Shown here: positions 27,003-37,587 of the stretch, piece by piece
Position numbering within the stretch: position 1 is the first letter of the stretch
Layout: every line of letters starts with the position of its first letter
NCBI GenBank assembly: GCA_951802115.1
Contig: CATOPL010000013.1
Location: 18,011 to 82,010, forward strand
DNA from: an uncultured Lachnospiraceae bacterium
GTDB taxonomy: Bacteria; Bacillota; Clostridia; Lachnospirales; Lachnospiraceae
Reading direction: 5' to 3'
DNA: 64,000 nt
Translations under genes and position numbers: made by a program
Notes under the pieces: model-generated
Databases searched by the model: none
What the model was told of the DNA's origin: nothing
The model's input: only the letters and a program-made list of their open reading frames with translations

Positions 27003-27268
27003 AGCATAATCCTTTCCTGTCCCTGAGCTCTTCGGGACGTGTCTGAAGTTTGATGATATTTATTATAATTTTTCTCTGTCTCTTTGTCAACGAGTGTGCT
27101 GACACGTTTATTTTCAGCGAAATATACGCTTCAGCCAAAACACACAATGCCGTACAGTTAAATCTTAACAGTAAATTAATAGACTCTGATCTTTCGTTTG
27201 CATATAATATATCATTGAAAAAAACCAAAGAAAAATGTGAGGTGAAGGCGGAATCTCTGCCATATAAT

Positions 27269-30200
27269 ATGAACAAAAGTTACCGACTTGGAATCGATAT
27301 CGGATCTACAACCGTTAAAATCGCTGTATTGAATGAAAACAGCGAGATTCTGTTTTCAGACTATGAACGTCATTATGCCAATATTCAGGAGACGCTGGCG
27401 CTTCTGCTTACACGTGCGGTAAAAGAACTGGGATCGATCTGTATTTACCCGGTTATCACCGGTTCCGGCGGCCTGACGCTGGCACAATATCTGGATATTC
27501 CGTTTGTACAGGAAGTCGTTGCGGTTGCCGAAGCAATTCAGACCTATATACCGAAAACGGATGTGGCCATTGAACTTGGAGGAGAGGACGCCAAAATCAT
27601 CTATTTTCAGGATGGAAACGTCGAACAGCGGATGAACGGAATCTGTGCCGGAGGCACCGGTTCTTTTATTGATCAGATGGCATCTCTTCTGCAGACAGAT
27701 GCTACCGGCCTGAACGAATATGCCAAAAGTTACAAGGCACTGTATTCCATCGCCGCAAGATGCGGTGTATTTGCCAAGACAGATATCCAGCCCTTGATCA
27801 ATGAAGGCGCTACGAAAGAAGACCTTTCTGCATCGATTTTCCAGGCGGTCGTAAATCAGACGATCAGCGGGCTTGCCTGTGGAAAACCGATCCGCGGACA
27901 TGTCGCATTCCTGGGCGGACCTCTTCATTTCCTGTCCGAATTAAGGCAGACGTTTATCCGCACTCTGAATCTGGACAAAGAGCATGCGATTGTCCCCGGT
28001 CACTCCCATCTGTTTGCTGCTTCCGGCTCTGCCCTTCTGTCGAAAGAAGAGTCTTTTGTTCCGGCAGAGGAGCTGATCCGGAGACTGAAGGAGCATATAC
28101 AGATCGCTTTCGAGGTAGAACGGCTGGAACCGCTGTTTGACAGCCGGGAAGCATTTGAATTATTTACAAAACGACACAACCGAGCAGAGGTTGTAAAAAA
28201 AGATCTGAGTTCGTATGAAGGGAACTGCTACCTCGGCATTGATGCCGGCTCCACTACCACCAAAATTGCACTGGTAGGGGAAGACGGATCTCTGCTCTAC
28301 TCCTTTTACCACAATAATAACGGCAGTACTTTACATATCACGCTGGAAGCGTTGAAGGATCTGTATGAAAAGCTTCCCCCGAAAGCACATATTGTCCGTT
28401 CCTGCTCCACCGGCTACGGAGAAGCACTTGTAAAAGCTGCACTGATGCTGGATGAAGGCGAAGTAGAAACCATCTCCCACTATTACGCAGCTCAGTTTTT
28501 CGACCCCGAGGTAGACTGTATTCTGGATATCGGCGGACAGGATATGAAATGTATCCGTATCAAGAATCACACCGTGGACAATGTACAGCTCAACGAAGCC
28601 TGTTCTTCCGGCTGCGGATCTTTTATCGAAACTTTCGCCAAATCGCTGAATCTCTCGATTGAAGAATTTGCACAGGCAGCGCTTTTTGCCGAGAATCCTA
28701 TCGATCTTGGTACCCGCTGTACGGTATTTATGAATTCCCGGGTCAAACAGGCGCAAAAAGAGGGGGCCGGCGTGGATGACATTTCGGCCGGACTTGCCTA
28801 TTCTGTCATCAAAAATGCGTTGTTTAAAGTCATCAAAGTATCTGATGCATCTTCTCTTGGAAAGCATATTGTTGTTCAGGGAGGTACGTTCTACAACAAT
28901 GCCGTTCTTCGCAGTCTGGAAAAAATTGCCGGCTGTGAAGTCATCCGTCCGGATATCGCCGGCATTATGGGCGCTTTCGGCGCCGCTCTGATTGCCAGAG
29001 AGCGCTATGACGAACAACCGTCGTCCATGCTGTCCGAAAAACAGATGAGAGAACTTACTTACTCCACATCCATGACCAAATGCCGCGGCTGCACCAACAA
29101 CTGCCGCCTGACCATAAATAAATTCTCCGGAAACAGACGCTATATCTCCGGAAACCGCTGCGAGCGCGGCCTGGGAAAAGAAAAAAAAGAGAATTCGGCG
29201 CCAAACCTGTTCGCTTACAAAAACGAACGTTTGTTTGCTTACAGGCCACTCCATGGTGCAGAAGCCGTCCGCGGGCTGGTGGGAATTCCCCGGGTACTGA
29301 ACATTTATGAGAATTATCCGTTCTGGTTTACTTTTTTTACCAGACTGAAATACGAGGTTGTTCTGTCGCCGGAATCTACTCATGAACTGTATGAGCAGGG
29401 AATCGAATCCATCCCCAGTGAATCCGAATGTTATCCGGCCAAACTTGCCCACGGTCACGTAAAATGGCTTTTACAGCACAACATCCCATTTATTTTCTAT
29501 CCCTGTGTACCCTATGAACGTACAGAATTCAGGGAGGCAAATAACCATTATAACTGCCCGATCGTCACTTCTTATGCAGAAAATATTAAAAACAACATAG
29601 AAGAACTGCGATCAGACCGTTTTGACTTCCGCAATCCGTTTCTGAGTTTTGAAAGCCTTGAAATTCTGACCGCAAGGCTGATTCAGGAATTCGACGGCCA
29701 AAAGGGAATGACTGCTTCCGAGATCACAGAAGCGGCCAGAGAAGCCTGGAAGGAACTGGAATGTGCAAGAACAGATATCCGCCAAAAGGGAGAAGAGACC
29801 TTAAAGTGGATGGAAGATCACCATGCGCATGGCATTGTCCTCGCCGGACGTCCTTACCATATTGATAAAGAAATCAATCACGGAATACCGGAACTGATCA
29901 ACGGATACGGACTTGCAGTTCTCACTGAAGACAGTATCTCTCATCTCAACAGGGAAGAACGGCCATTGCGTGTGATGGATCAGTGGATGTATCATTCCCG
30001 GCTGTATGCCGCTGCAGGTTTTGTACGGACCAGAGAAGATCTGGATCTGATACAGCTCAACTCTTTCGGATGCGGCCTGGATGCTGTTACCACAGATCAG
30101 GTCGATGAAATCTTAAGCGGTTCCGACAAGATCTATACCTGTTTGAAAATTGATGAGGTCAGCAATCTGGGAGCCGCCAGAATCCGGATTCGCTCTCTTC

Positions 30201-31513
30201 TCTCCGCTATCCGCGTCCGCGAAAAAAAGAAAGAGATACGACAGATTGGTTCAACGGCCTATAAACGTGTAATCTTCACCAGAGAAATGAGAAAAGACTA
30301 TACCATTCTCTGCCCGGACATGTCTCCGCTTCATTTTAATCTCCTAGAAGCTGCTTTTCGTTCCTGCGGCCTGAAGATCGACGTACTGCCAAAAGCCGGA
30401 AAGGATGCCGTGGACCTGGGACTGAAATATGTAAACAACGATGCCTGTTATCCTTCTCTGATCGTAATTGGCCAGATTATGGAGGCGCTTTTATCCGGGA
30501 AATACGATCTTGCAAAAACCGCGGTTCTGATCTCCCAGACCGGAGGCGGATGCCGGGCTTCCAATTATATAGGATTTATCCGCAAGGCCCTGGAAAAGGC
30601 CGGTCACCCGGATATTCCCGTCATCTCGATTAATTTAAGCGGACTGGAGAAAAATCCGGGCTTCAGATACACGCCTATGATGATACTTAAGGCTGCCTAT
30701 GCACTTGTGTTTGGCGATCTGTTCATGAAAGTGCTCTATCATACCAGACCCTATGAACAGACGCCCGGTAAAGCCAATCAGACTTATGAACGGCTGAACC
30801 TCCGATGCAGAAATTTTCTGCAGAAGCGATATCCGGTCCGATCGGAATTCAAAAAACTATGCCGTGAAATCGTAGAGGAATTTGACCGGATTGAAGTCTA
30901 CGAAACCGAAAAACCCAAAGTCGGTATTGTAGGGGAGATCCTTGTAAAGTTTTCTCCCTCTGCCAACAATGAACTTGTAGAACTTCTGGAATCAGAAGGA
31001 GCGGAAGCAGTGGTCCCTGATCTGATGGATTTTCTTCTCTACTGCTTCAAAAATACCGAATTTCGTGCAGAATATCTGGGCAAGAAAAAAACCTCTGCCA
31101 GAAATGGACGGCTTGGAATCAAAGCCCTGGAGTATTTCCGTGCTCCTGCGAACGAGGCGCTCAAAAACAGCGTGCACTTTGTTCCATCCTCCAATATCGA
31201 CCATATGGCTGATATGGCAAAGGAAATCGTTTCTCTCGGCAACCAGACCGGCGAAGGCTGGTTTCTGACCGCAGAGATGCTGGAGCTGATGGAAGGCGGC
31301 ACTCCCAATATTGTATGTGCTCAGCCGTTTGCCTGCCTGCCGAACCACATTGTAGGAAAGGGAGTAATCAAAGAGCTCCGTCGCCGTCACCCGAACGCCA
31401 ATATTGTGGCCATTGATTATGATCCGGGAGCCAGCGAGGTCAATCAGCTCAATCGTATCAAGCTGATGCTGAGCACGGCTTTTAAGAATATCGAACGACG
31501 AAAAGAAGCGTAA
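27269..31513 (+). CDS. 2-hydroxyacyl-CoA dehydratase activase-related fusion (2x BadF/BcrA ATPase + DUF2229-type domains)
   Basis: GIDIGSTT...GGEDAK...CAGGTGSF and GIDAGSTT...GGQDMK...CSSGCGSF, SECYPAK, NSFGCG, FACLPNH. Start placed at MNKSY (27269). Confidence 0.88.
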   Translation: MNKSYRLGIDIGSTTVKIAVLNENSEILFSDYERHYANIQETLALLLTRAVKELGSICIYPVITGSGGLTLAQYLDIPFVQEVVAVAEAIQTYIPKTDVAIELGGEDAKIIYFQDGNVEQRMNGICAGGTGSFIDQMASLLQTDATGLNEYAKSYKALYSIAARCGVFAKTDIQPLINEGATKEDLSASIFQAVVNQTISGLACGKPIRGHVAFLGGPLHFLSELRQTFIRTLNLDKEHAIVPGHSHLFAASGSALLSKEESFVPAEELIRRLKEHIQIAFEVERLEPLFDSREAFELFTKRHNRAEVVKKDLSSYEGNCYLGIDAGSTTTKIALVGEDGSLLYSFYHNNNGSTLHITLEALKDLYEKLPPKAHIVRSCSTGYGEALVKAALMLDEGEVETISHYYAAQFFDPEVDCILDIGGQDMKCIRIKNHTVDNVQLNEACSSGCGSFIETFAKSLNLSIEEFAQAALFAENPIDLGTRCTVFMNSRVKQAQKEGAGVDDISAGLAYSVIKNALFKVIKVSDASSLGKHIVVQGGTFYNNAVLRSLEKIAGCEVIRPDIAGIMGAFGAALIARERYDEQPSSMLSEKQMRELTYSTSMTKCRGCTNNCRLTINKFSGNRRYISGNRCERGLGKEKKENSAPNLFAYKNERLFAYRPLHGAEAVRGLVGIPRVLNIYENYPFWFTFFTRLKYEVVLSPESTHELYEQGIESIPSESECYPAKLAHGHVKWLLQHNIPFIFYPCVPYERTEFREANNHYNCPIVTSYAENIKNNIEELRSDRFDFRNPFLSFESLEILTARLIQEFDGQKGMTASEITEAAREAWKELECARTDIRQKGEETLKWMEDHHAHGIVLAGRPYHIDKEINHGIPELINGYGLAVLTEDSISHLNREERPLRVMDQWMYHSRLYAAAGFVRTREDLDLIQLNSFGCGLDAVTTDQVDEILSGSDKIYTCLKIDEVSNLGAARIRIRSLLSAIRVREKKKEIRQIGSTAYKRVIFTREMRKDYTILCPDMSPLHFNLLEAAFRSCGLKIDVLPKAGKDAVDLGLKYVNNDACYPSLIVIGQIMEALLSGKYDLAKTAVLISQTGGGCRASNYIGFIRKALEKAGHPDIPVISINLSGLEKNPGFRYTPMMILKAAYALVFGDLFMKVLYHTRPYEQTPGKANQTYERLNLRCRNFLQKRYPVRSEFKKLCREIVEEFDRIEVYETEKPKVGIVGEILVKFSPSANNELVELLESEGAEAVVPDLMDFLLYCFKNTEFRAEYLGKKKTSARNGRLGIKALEYFRAPANEALKNSVHFVPSSNIDHMADMAKEIVSLGNQTGEGWFLTAEMLELMEGGTPNIVCAQPFACLPNHIVGKGVIKELRRRHPNANIVAIDYDPGASEVNQLNRIKLMLSTAFKNIERRKEA

Positions 31514-31522
31514 GGCTGACAA

Positions 31523-31569
31523 AGAAGGAGCTGCCGCAAACTGTAAATCGGTCTGCCGCAGCTCCTTCT
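31523..31569. terminator. Hairpin between convergent genes
   Basis: AGAAGGAGCTGC (31523-34) / GCAGCTCCTTCT (31558-69), 12-bp perfect inverted repeat. Confidence 0.65.
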
Positions 31570-31581
31570 CCCCATATTTGT

Positions 31582-33417
31582 TTATTTCACCTTACTCGCC
31601 CAGATAAAATCATGTCCCGGAACTGTCACATCGACCAGTTCCAGTTCTTCTCCGGTTATTAAGTTTTTGTAAATTCCTGATTCCTGCATCCACGCAGTTC
31701 TGTCTTCATCTGAGAAATTAAAGATTCCGATAAACCGCTCCTCCTCATTTTCTCTTAAAATGCACAAAACAGAATCATCCTTGACATCATAAGTATATAC
31801 TGCCGCATCGCTTCTGAAAACATTCCTGCTTTTACGGATTTTCTCAAGCCTGGACAAACCGCTGAAAATCTGCTCCTGAGAGGTCCCCTTTTCCGTTCGG
31901 TTCTTAGCCAGATACCACTGGAATTTTCCCCGGTGAATATACCTGGAGTCCACTTTCTTATCGTCATCTTCTTTATAAGAATAATCGTTAAGCTGTCCAA
32001 TCTCATCACCGCTGTAGAGCATCGGGATTCCGGATTGTGTCAGCATATAGGCATGCAGCATCAGATCCATGCGGACCGCTTTCTGAAGCTTTTCCTCATC
32101 CTTCTCATACAGCGCGCTTTCCACGCCGCACATGGACGCCGTTGTACCGCAGAAACGCGCATCCTGAGTCACCGGATCATCGTTATAAAGTTCTCCTCTG
32201 CTTTCACTGGAACCATATCTTCCCGTAAAATACTGATTCAGAAAACGCTTGTGATCTACTTCTCTCATACCCCAGCTCTCCAGAGTACTGTAGTCAAGCC
32301 CCCAGCCGATATCGTCATGGCAGCGCAGATAATTCAAAAACAGATAGTCTCCCGGCAGCCCGTTTACTATATCCATCTGCTTTTTCAAAAGACGAATATC
32401 CTTTGTCGCTACGCTGTGCCAGGTAGTCGCCATTGTCGTCACATTATAGAGCATATGACATTCTGGTTTCTCTACCGTTCCAAAATAAGGCACCACTTTC
32501 TCCGGCTCCATCACAACCTCCCCTAAAAGCAGCACACTTGGACATACAATTTCACAGATCATACGCATAATACGTACAATCGTGTGCACCTGCGGGAGAT
32601 TCCGGCAATTCGTTCCCAGTTCTTTCCATATATACGGAACCGCATCAATCCGTATAATATCCATACCCTGATTTGCCAGATAGAGAAAATTGTACATCAT
32701 CTCATTGAACACTCTGGGATTCCGATAATTCAAATCCCACTGGTACGGATAAAAAGTCGTCATTACATAATACTCGCTCCCCTGCAGGCGCGTAAAATTG
32801 CCCGGCGCTGTCGTCGGAAATACCTGCGGCACCGTTCGATCATATGCCTGCGGAATTGATGGGTCCGCAAAAAAGAAATAACGGCTCATATACTCTCCGT
32901 CGCCTTCTCTGGCTTTTTTTGCCCACTCATGATCTTCCGAGGTATGATTCATGACAAAATCCATACACAGATTGATCTTTCTCTGGTGGCAAGCTCTGGC
33001 CAGCTCTGACAGTTCTTCCATCCTGCCAAGTTCCGGCTGTACTTTTCGAAAATCTGCCACTGCATATCCGCCGTCTGATCGCCCCTTCGGAGACTCCAGG
33101 AAAGGCATCAGATGAATACAATTTACATTGCAGGAAGAAAGATAATCCAGTTTTCTCTTTACGCCTTCCAGATTCTCTGCAAAATTGTCAATATACAGCA
33201 TCATTCCCAGCATATCATTCCCGCGAAACCAGTCCGGATCCTGTTCTCTGTCGTGGTCCAGTTCCGTCAGATCCTTATCCCGGTTCAACGCAAACTCATA
33301 CATTTTTTCGCACAGCTCTGCGAACATGTCTCCATTGTCGTACAGCTCCATATAAAGCCATCTAAGTTCATCATGATGTTTCTTCAAACGTTCCTGAAAA
33401 ACTGTCTCCATCTTCAA
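31582..33417 (-). CDS. Amylosucrase-like GH13 glycoside hydrolase/transglycosylase
   Basis: DGGYAVADF, DFVMNHTS, RIDAVPYIWK, GEVVM, YLRCHDDIGW, IPMLYSGDE. Confidence 0.85.
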   Translation of the reverse strand: MKMETVFQERLKKHHDELRWLYMELYDNGDMFAELCEKMYEFALNRDKDLTELDHDREQDPDWFRGNDMLGMMLYIDNFAENLEGVKRKLDYLSSCNVNCIHLMPFLESPKGRSDGGYAVADFRKVQPELGRMEELSELARACHQRKINLCMDFVMNHTSEDHEWAKKAREGDGEYMSRYFFFADPSIPQAYDRTVPQVFPTTAPGNFTRLQGSEYYVMTTFYPYQWDLNYRNPRVFNEMMYNFLYLANQGMDIIRIDAVPYIWKELGTNCRNLPQVHTIVRIMRMICEIVCPSVLLLGEVVMEPEKVVPYFGTVEKPECHMLYNVTTMATTWHSVATKDIRLLKKQMDIVNGLPGDYLFLNYLRCHDDIGWGLDYSTLESWGMREVDHKRFLNQYFTGRYGSSESRGELYNDDPVTQDARFCGTTASMCGVESALYEKDEEKLQKAVRMDLMLHAYMLTQSGIPMLYSGDEIGQLNDYSYKEDDDKKVDSRYIHRGKFQWYLAKNRTEKGTSQEQIFSGLSRLEKIRKSRNVFRSDAAVYTYDVKDDSVLCILRENEEERFIGIFNFSDEDRTAWMQESGIYKNLITGEELELVDVTVPGHDFIWASKVK

Positions 33418-33495
33418 GAAAATATCCCCTTCCTGCTGTTAAAACTAAATCCTTGTACATTTTTTCCCGGCGACCGCTGAAATGTCATGCGCCTC

Positions 33496-35688
33496 TCACT
33501 CCATCACATCCGTCACAGTGAAATACATCTGATAAGCCCGGTACTCCCCGCTCTGATCCGGAAGGGGAAGCCCCTCTTCCATCAATGCATCCGACGCATA
33601 AGTCTTCCCGCTGTGCATTTCCTGATACATGCAGCCCGACCTGAGACCTTTCAGGCGGATATAAGTTACCGGCATATTTCCGTGAATTTCCTGCATAACT
33701 ACGTTTACCAGTGCTTCCGATGCGTCATCCGAAAGAAATTCCCACGCTCCCGCCACATGTGTAGACGGATCCGTCAGACGATAATACAAACCTGCCTGTA
33801 TCAGTTTTGCATGCCGCCTGTACGTTGAAAGCTGCTCCCGGATCTGCTCTCTCTCTACTTCCAAAAGCTTACCCGGATCCAGTTCGTATCCAAAAGTGCC
33901 TGCCATAGCGGCGATTCCTCTGGTTCGAAGTGGCGTCAGCCTTCCCGTCTGATGATTCGGCACGGCTGATACATGAGATCCCACTGCGGATATGGGATAA
34001 CCAAAAGAAGTACCATACTGGATATGTACCCGGTCCAGTGCATCTGTATTATCACTGCACCATATCTGGGGCGAATAATAAAGCATGCCGGCGTCAAATC
34101 TGCCGCCGCCTCCGCTGCATCCTTCCAGAAGAATGTTCGGATACCGCTGAATCAGACGTTCCAGGAAATCATACAGCCCAAGCATATAATCATGCTGCAC
34201 CCTTCCCTGATCCTCCTTATCTCTGGAATAGCAGTCCGAAAGGCTTCGATTCATATCCCACTTCACATATTCAATGTTACCCTGATCCAAAATGCCGCAG
34301 ATTCTCTCAAAAATATAGTCTACTACATCTGGTCTCGAAAAATCAAGCACCAGTTGATTTCTGGCCCGGATCGGGCTGCGTCCAGGCACTGCCAACACCC
34401 AGTCCGGATGTTCACGGTACAGTTCGCTGTCTTCATTGATACTTTCCGGCTCTATCCAGATGCCGAATTTAACACCCAGTCCATTGATCCTCTGAATCAG
34501 GCTGCCCAAAGACTCACCCAGCTTATTCTCATTCACATACCAGTCGCCCAAACCGCTGTTGTCATCATCCCTCCTGCCAAACCAGCCGTCATCCATAACC
34601 AGCATGTCGATTCCAAGCTCTGCCGACTGTCTGGCAAGCTGATAAACGGACTCGCCGGTGATGTCAAAATACGACGCCTCCCAGCTGTTCAGCAGAACCG
34701 GACGCACACTGTCTTTGTATTTACCTCTGCATATATGAGTGCGAATACAGCGATGCAGATTTTGTGACAGACGGGATAAGCCTCTGCTGCTGTATGTCAA
34801 AATCACTTCCGGTATACAGAACCGTTCGCCTGGAGCAAGCGGATAGGAAAACAATTCATCAGAAAGTCCTAAGAGTGCACGGGTCTGATTAAACTGATCT
34901 TTTTCCACTTCTCCTTTGAAATTACCGCTGTATACAAACGACATCGCATAGCAGCTTCCAGCGTCCTCTGTCGTCTCTTTTTCTGCCAGAATCATCATTG
35001 GATTATACTGATGGCTGGATGCTCCCCTGCGGCTTCCGATGACCTGTGCGCCGTGCGATACAGAAGTCCTTTGTACATTCCGCTCCATGGCATGACGACC
35101 ATAAAAGCTGAGCAGATCAAATTCTCCATGAAGCCAGTCTAGGCATGCTGCCTGCGCCTTTTTCAGACAGATTTTTCCATCCCCTTCATTCTCTATCACT
35201 GCACTTCTGGTAATAATGTCCTGCTCTGGAAGCACACCGTACAAAAGTGTAATCCGGACTTTGGTAATCCGATCCTCCATACAGATCTTAAGCGTCTGCG
35301 CCTCTCCCTCTGCCGCATAAACTGCCGGAAGACCTGGAAGACTGTATTTTCCATCCAGAATTTGATAACTTTTATATCTGAAATCACATCCATACGAACC
35401 ATCCGGATTCTTTATAATAACCGACGGACTTCTGTAATCACCGGTTCCCTGACAGGGCAGTTCCTGAGGAAGAACATCCATCGAATACGTCCGGTCCAAT
35501 CCCGCGTCATAGGGATTGCCGGAAAATCCACGGTCCAAATAGCTCAGGAGATAATCCATACACCCGCCGGTTCTGCGCCCGTAATACAGGTGTAAAAGGA
35601 ATCCATATTGATCTACTTTCATCTGATAGGTGGTATTTTTCGTATGCAATGTGAAGGTTTGATCTTTTTCTGCAAATAGTATACTCAT
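33496..35688 (-). CDS. aga: Alpha-galactosidase (GH36)
   Basis: LLNSWEASYFD, LVMDDGWFG, FGIWIEPE, YVKWDMNR, GCSGGGGRFD, WCSDNTDA. Confidence 0.93.
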   Translation of the reverse strand: MSILFAEKDQTFTLHTKNTTYQMKVDQYGFLLHLYYGRRTGGCMDYLLSYLDRGFSGNPYDAGLDRTYSMDVLPQELPCQGTGDYRSPSVIIKNPDGSYGCDFRYKSYQILDGKYSLPGLPAVYAAEGEAQTLKICMEDRITKVRITLLYGVLPEQDIITRSAVIENEGDGKICLKKAQAACLDWLHGEFDLLSFYGRHAMERNVQRTSVSHGAQVIGSRRGASSHQYNPMMILAEKETTEDAGSCYAMSFVYSGNFKGEVEKDQFNQTRALLGLSDELFSYPLAPGERFCIPEVILTYSSRGLSRLSQNLHRCIRTHICRGKYKDSVRPVLLNSWEASYFDITGESVYQLARQSAELGIDMLVMDDGWFGRRDDDNSGLGDWYVNENKLGESLGSLIQRINGLGVKFGIWIEPESINEDSELYREHPDWVLAVPGRSPIRARNQLVLDFSRPDVVDYIFERICGILDQGNIEYVKWDMNRSLSDCYSRDKEDQGRVQHDYMLGLYDFLERLIQRYPNILLEGCSGGGGRFDAGMLYYSPQIWCSDNTDALDRVHIQYGTSFGYPISAVGSHVSAVPNHQTGRLTPLRTRGIAAMAGTFGYELDPGKLLEVEREQIREQLSTYRRHAKLIQAGLYYRLTDPSTHVAGAWEFLSDDASEALVNVVMQEIHGNMPVTYIRLKGLRSGCMYQEMHSGKTYASDALMEEGLPLPDQSGEYRAYQMYFTVTDVME

Positions 35689-35870
35689 GCCGCCTTCTGT
35701 CTCCTTCGCTTAATTATTACGCCGGCCCTTTACGGCCCTGCAGATATTTCCAAAAATTTTTCTTTAAAACGACCTTACGGGTATCGAAAAACGCATTCGG
35801 CAGGCTGACCTGCACCATCGCTTTTCAATACCCGTGTTTACAGGCCGTATATATAATTTGAGATTTGCCT

Positions 35871-36716
35871 TTATTTTACTGCGCCGTTTACAACGCCGTT
35901 CAAGATCTGCTTCTGACAGATAATGTAGAAGATCAGCAGAGGCAGAAGCGCCAGCAGGTAAGATGCGAACGCCAGATTATAGTTCGTACCGAACTGTGTC
36001 TGGAAGGACATCTGTGCCAGAGGCAGAGTGTTCATTCCGCTTCCGGACATAATGACAAGAGGAGTCATTACATCGTTCCATACGCTCAGAGCCGTGATAA
36101 CCGCTACCGTCGCATGCATGGGTTTCATGATCGGGAAAATAATTTTCCAGTAAGTCGTCCAGGTGGTCGCACCGTCCACACGCGCTGCCTCCTCCAGGGC
36201 AATGGGAATATTGACCAGATACCCGGAATACAACATCAGGTTCATGGGCATATAGAACACCACATAGCAGATGATAACGCCAAAGATGTTGGCAATGCCC
36301 CACTGTGAGGTCTGCTTGACCAGAGGCATCATCAGAATCGCAAACGGTACGAACATACCGCTGACAACATACAGATATGCAAAATTGTACCATTTGTTCT
36401 TTGCCTTATTTCTTCCGATTGCATAGCCAACCATGGAATGCAGAACGACAGAAAGAATTACTGTAACACCCGTGATCAGAAGACTGTTCCGAAGGGAATT
36501 CCAGAAATCGGTCACACGCATGGCCTCTGCAAAGTTGGAAAAGCTCCATGTCTTCGGCAGAGAAAGGATCCCTGAGATGCTGTTGGTCATCTCTGACGGC
36601 TGCTTGAACGCAATCACGATGGTCATGTAGAGCGGAAAGACGATGGTGATCAGTCCAAGAATCAAAAGGATCGTAACAGGCATATTATATCTTTCTTTTA
36701 CTTTCAGATCATTCAT
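35871..36716 (-). CDS. Carbohydrate ABC transporter permease (MsmG-like)
   Basis: EAA loop LEEAARVDGA; TM helices. Confidence 0.92.
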   Translation of the reverse strand: MNDLKVKERYNMPVTILLILGLITIVFPLYMTIVIAFKQPSEMTNSISGILSLPKTWSFSNFAEAMRVTDFWNSLRNSLLITGVTVILSVVLHSMVGYAIGRNKAKNKWYNFAYLYVVSGMFVPFAILMMPLVKQTSQWGIANIFGVIICYVVFYMPMNLMLYSGYLVNIPIALEEAARVDGATTWTTYWKIIFPIMKPMHATVAVITALSVWNDVMTPLVIMSGSGMNTLPLAQMSFQTQFGTNYNLAFASYLLALLPLLIFYIICQKQILNGVVNGAVK

Positions 36717-37567
36717 TATAACTGCTCCTCCTTACTGCTTGTAAACTGAAGCTGTGCTACCGAGAACGCTACGATGATGACAAAGAACAGCACCGCATTG
36801 GCACTCTGGAAACCGAACTGTCCGCCTGCCATACCATTGTTGTAGATCAGGAAGGAAATAGATTCGGTACTCTGTGCCGGACCGCCCTTGGTCAATGCCA
36901 TGATCTGGTCGAACACCATCAAAAAGTTCTTGCCGGACAACACCATGTTGATACTGAAGAACGGGATGATCAGCGGGAAGGTCAGACTCTTGAAACGCTC
37001 CCAGCCGGTTGCTCCGTCGATGGAACCCGCCTCGTATACATCTTCCGGCACCGTAGACAGACCGGATATGTAAATAATGGTGTTCATGGCGATAGCCTGC
37101 CATGCACAGACAGCCACGATACCAACCCACGCCCAGGTGGAACTTGCAAGAATACTGGTTGTATTGAACAGCGCCGGAATAATATAGGTAAAGAAATAGT
37201 TGAAAATATAACCTACAACCAGCGCTCCAAGAATGTTCGGAATAAAATACATTCCTCTTAATGTACTCTTGAACTTGATCTTGCTGTTAAGCCCCAGCGC
37301 CAGGATCAGGCTGATAACGTTGGTCACGATGGTCGCCGCCACTGCCATTTTCAGGGTGAACAGATAGGATTTGCCCACACGTCCGTCCTGAAACAGATCG
37401 ATATAGTTACGAAGACCAACCCAGTCATAGGTGCCGTATCCTCTGAAGTTCGTGAAGCTGTACATCACACCTTTGATCAAAGGCAGGGTATTAAAAGCAA
37501 AGAACAGCGCGACAACCGGAATCGTCATCAGCAAAAACGTTCTTTTTCTGTCATTGGCATGTTTCAT
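36716..37567 (-). CDS. Carbohydrate ABC transporter permease (MsmF-like)
   Basis: VYEAGSIDGA EAA loop; TM helices. Confidence 0.92.
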   Translation of the reverse strand: MKHANDRKRTFLLMTIPVVALFFAFNTLPLIKGVMYSFTNFRGYGTYDWVGLRNYIDLFQDGRVGKSYLFTLKMAVAATIVTNVISLILALGLNSKIKFKSTLRGMYFIPNILGALVVGYIFNYFFTYIIPALFNTTSILASSTWAWVGIVAVCAWQAIAMNTIIYISGLSTVPEDVYEAGSIDGATGWERFKSLTFPLIIPFFSINMVLSGKNFLMVFDQIMALTKGGPAQSTESISFLIYNNGMAGGQFGFQSANAVLFFVIIVAFSVAQLQFTSSKEEQL

Positions 37568-37587
37568 GTCTTCTCACTCCTCTCCCT

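Noticed and set aside
27050-27268. 73-aa N-terminal extension of the CoA-activase ORF
   Set aside because: AT-rich intergenic-like sequence; family similarity begins at MNKSYRLGIDIGS.
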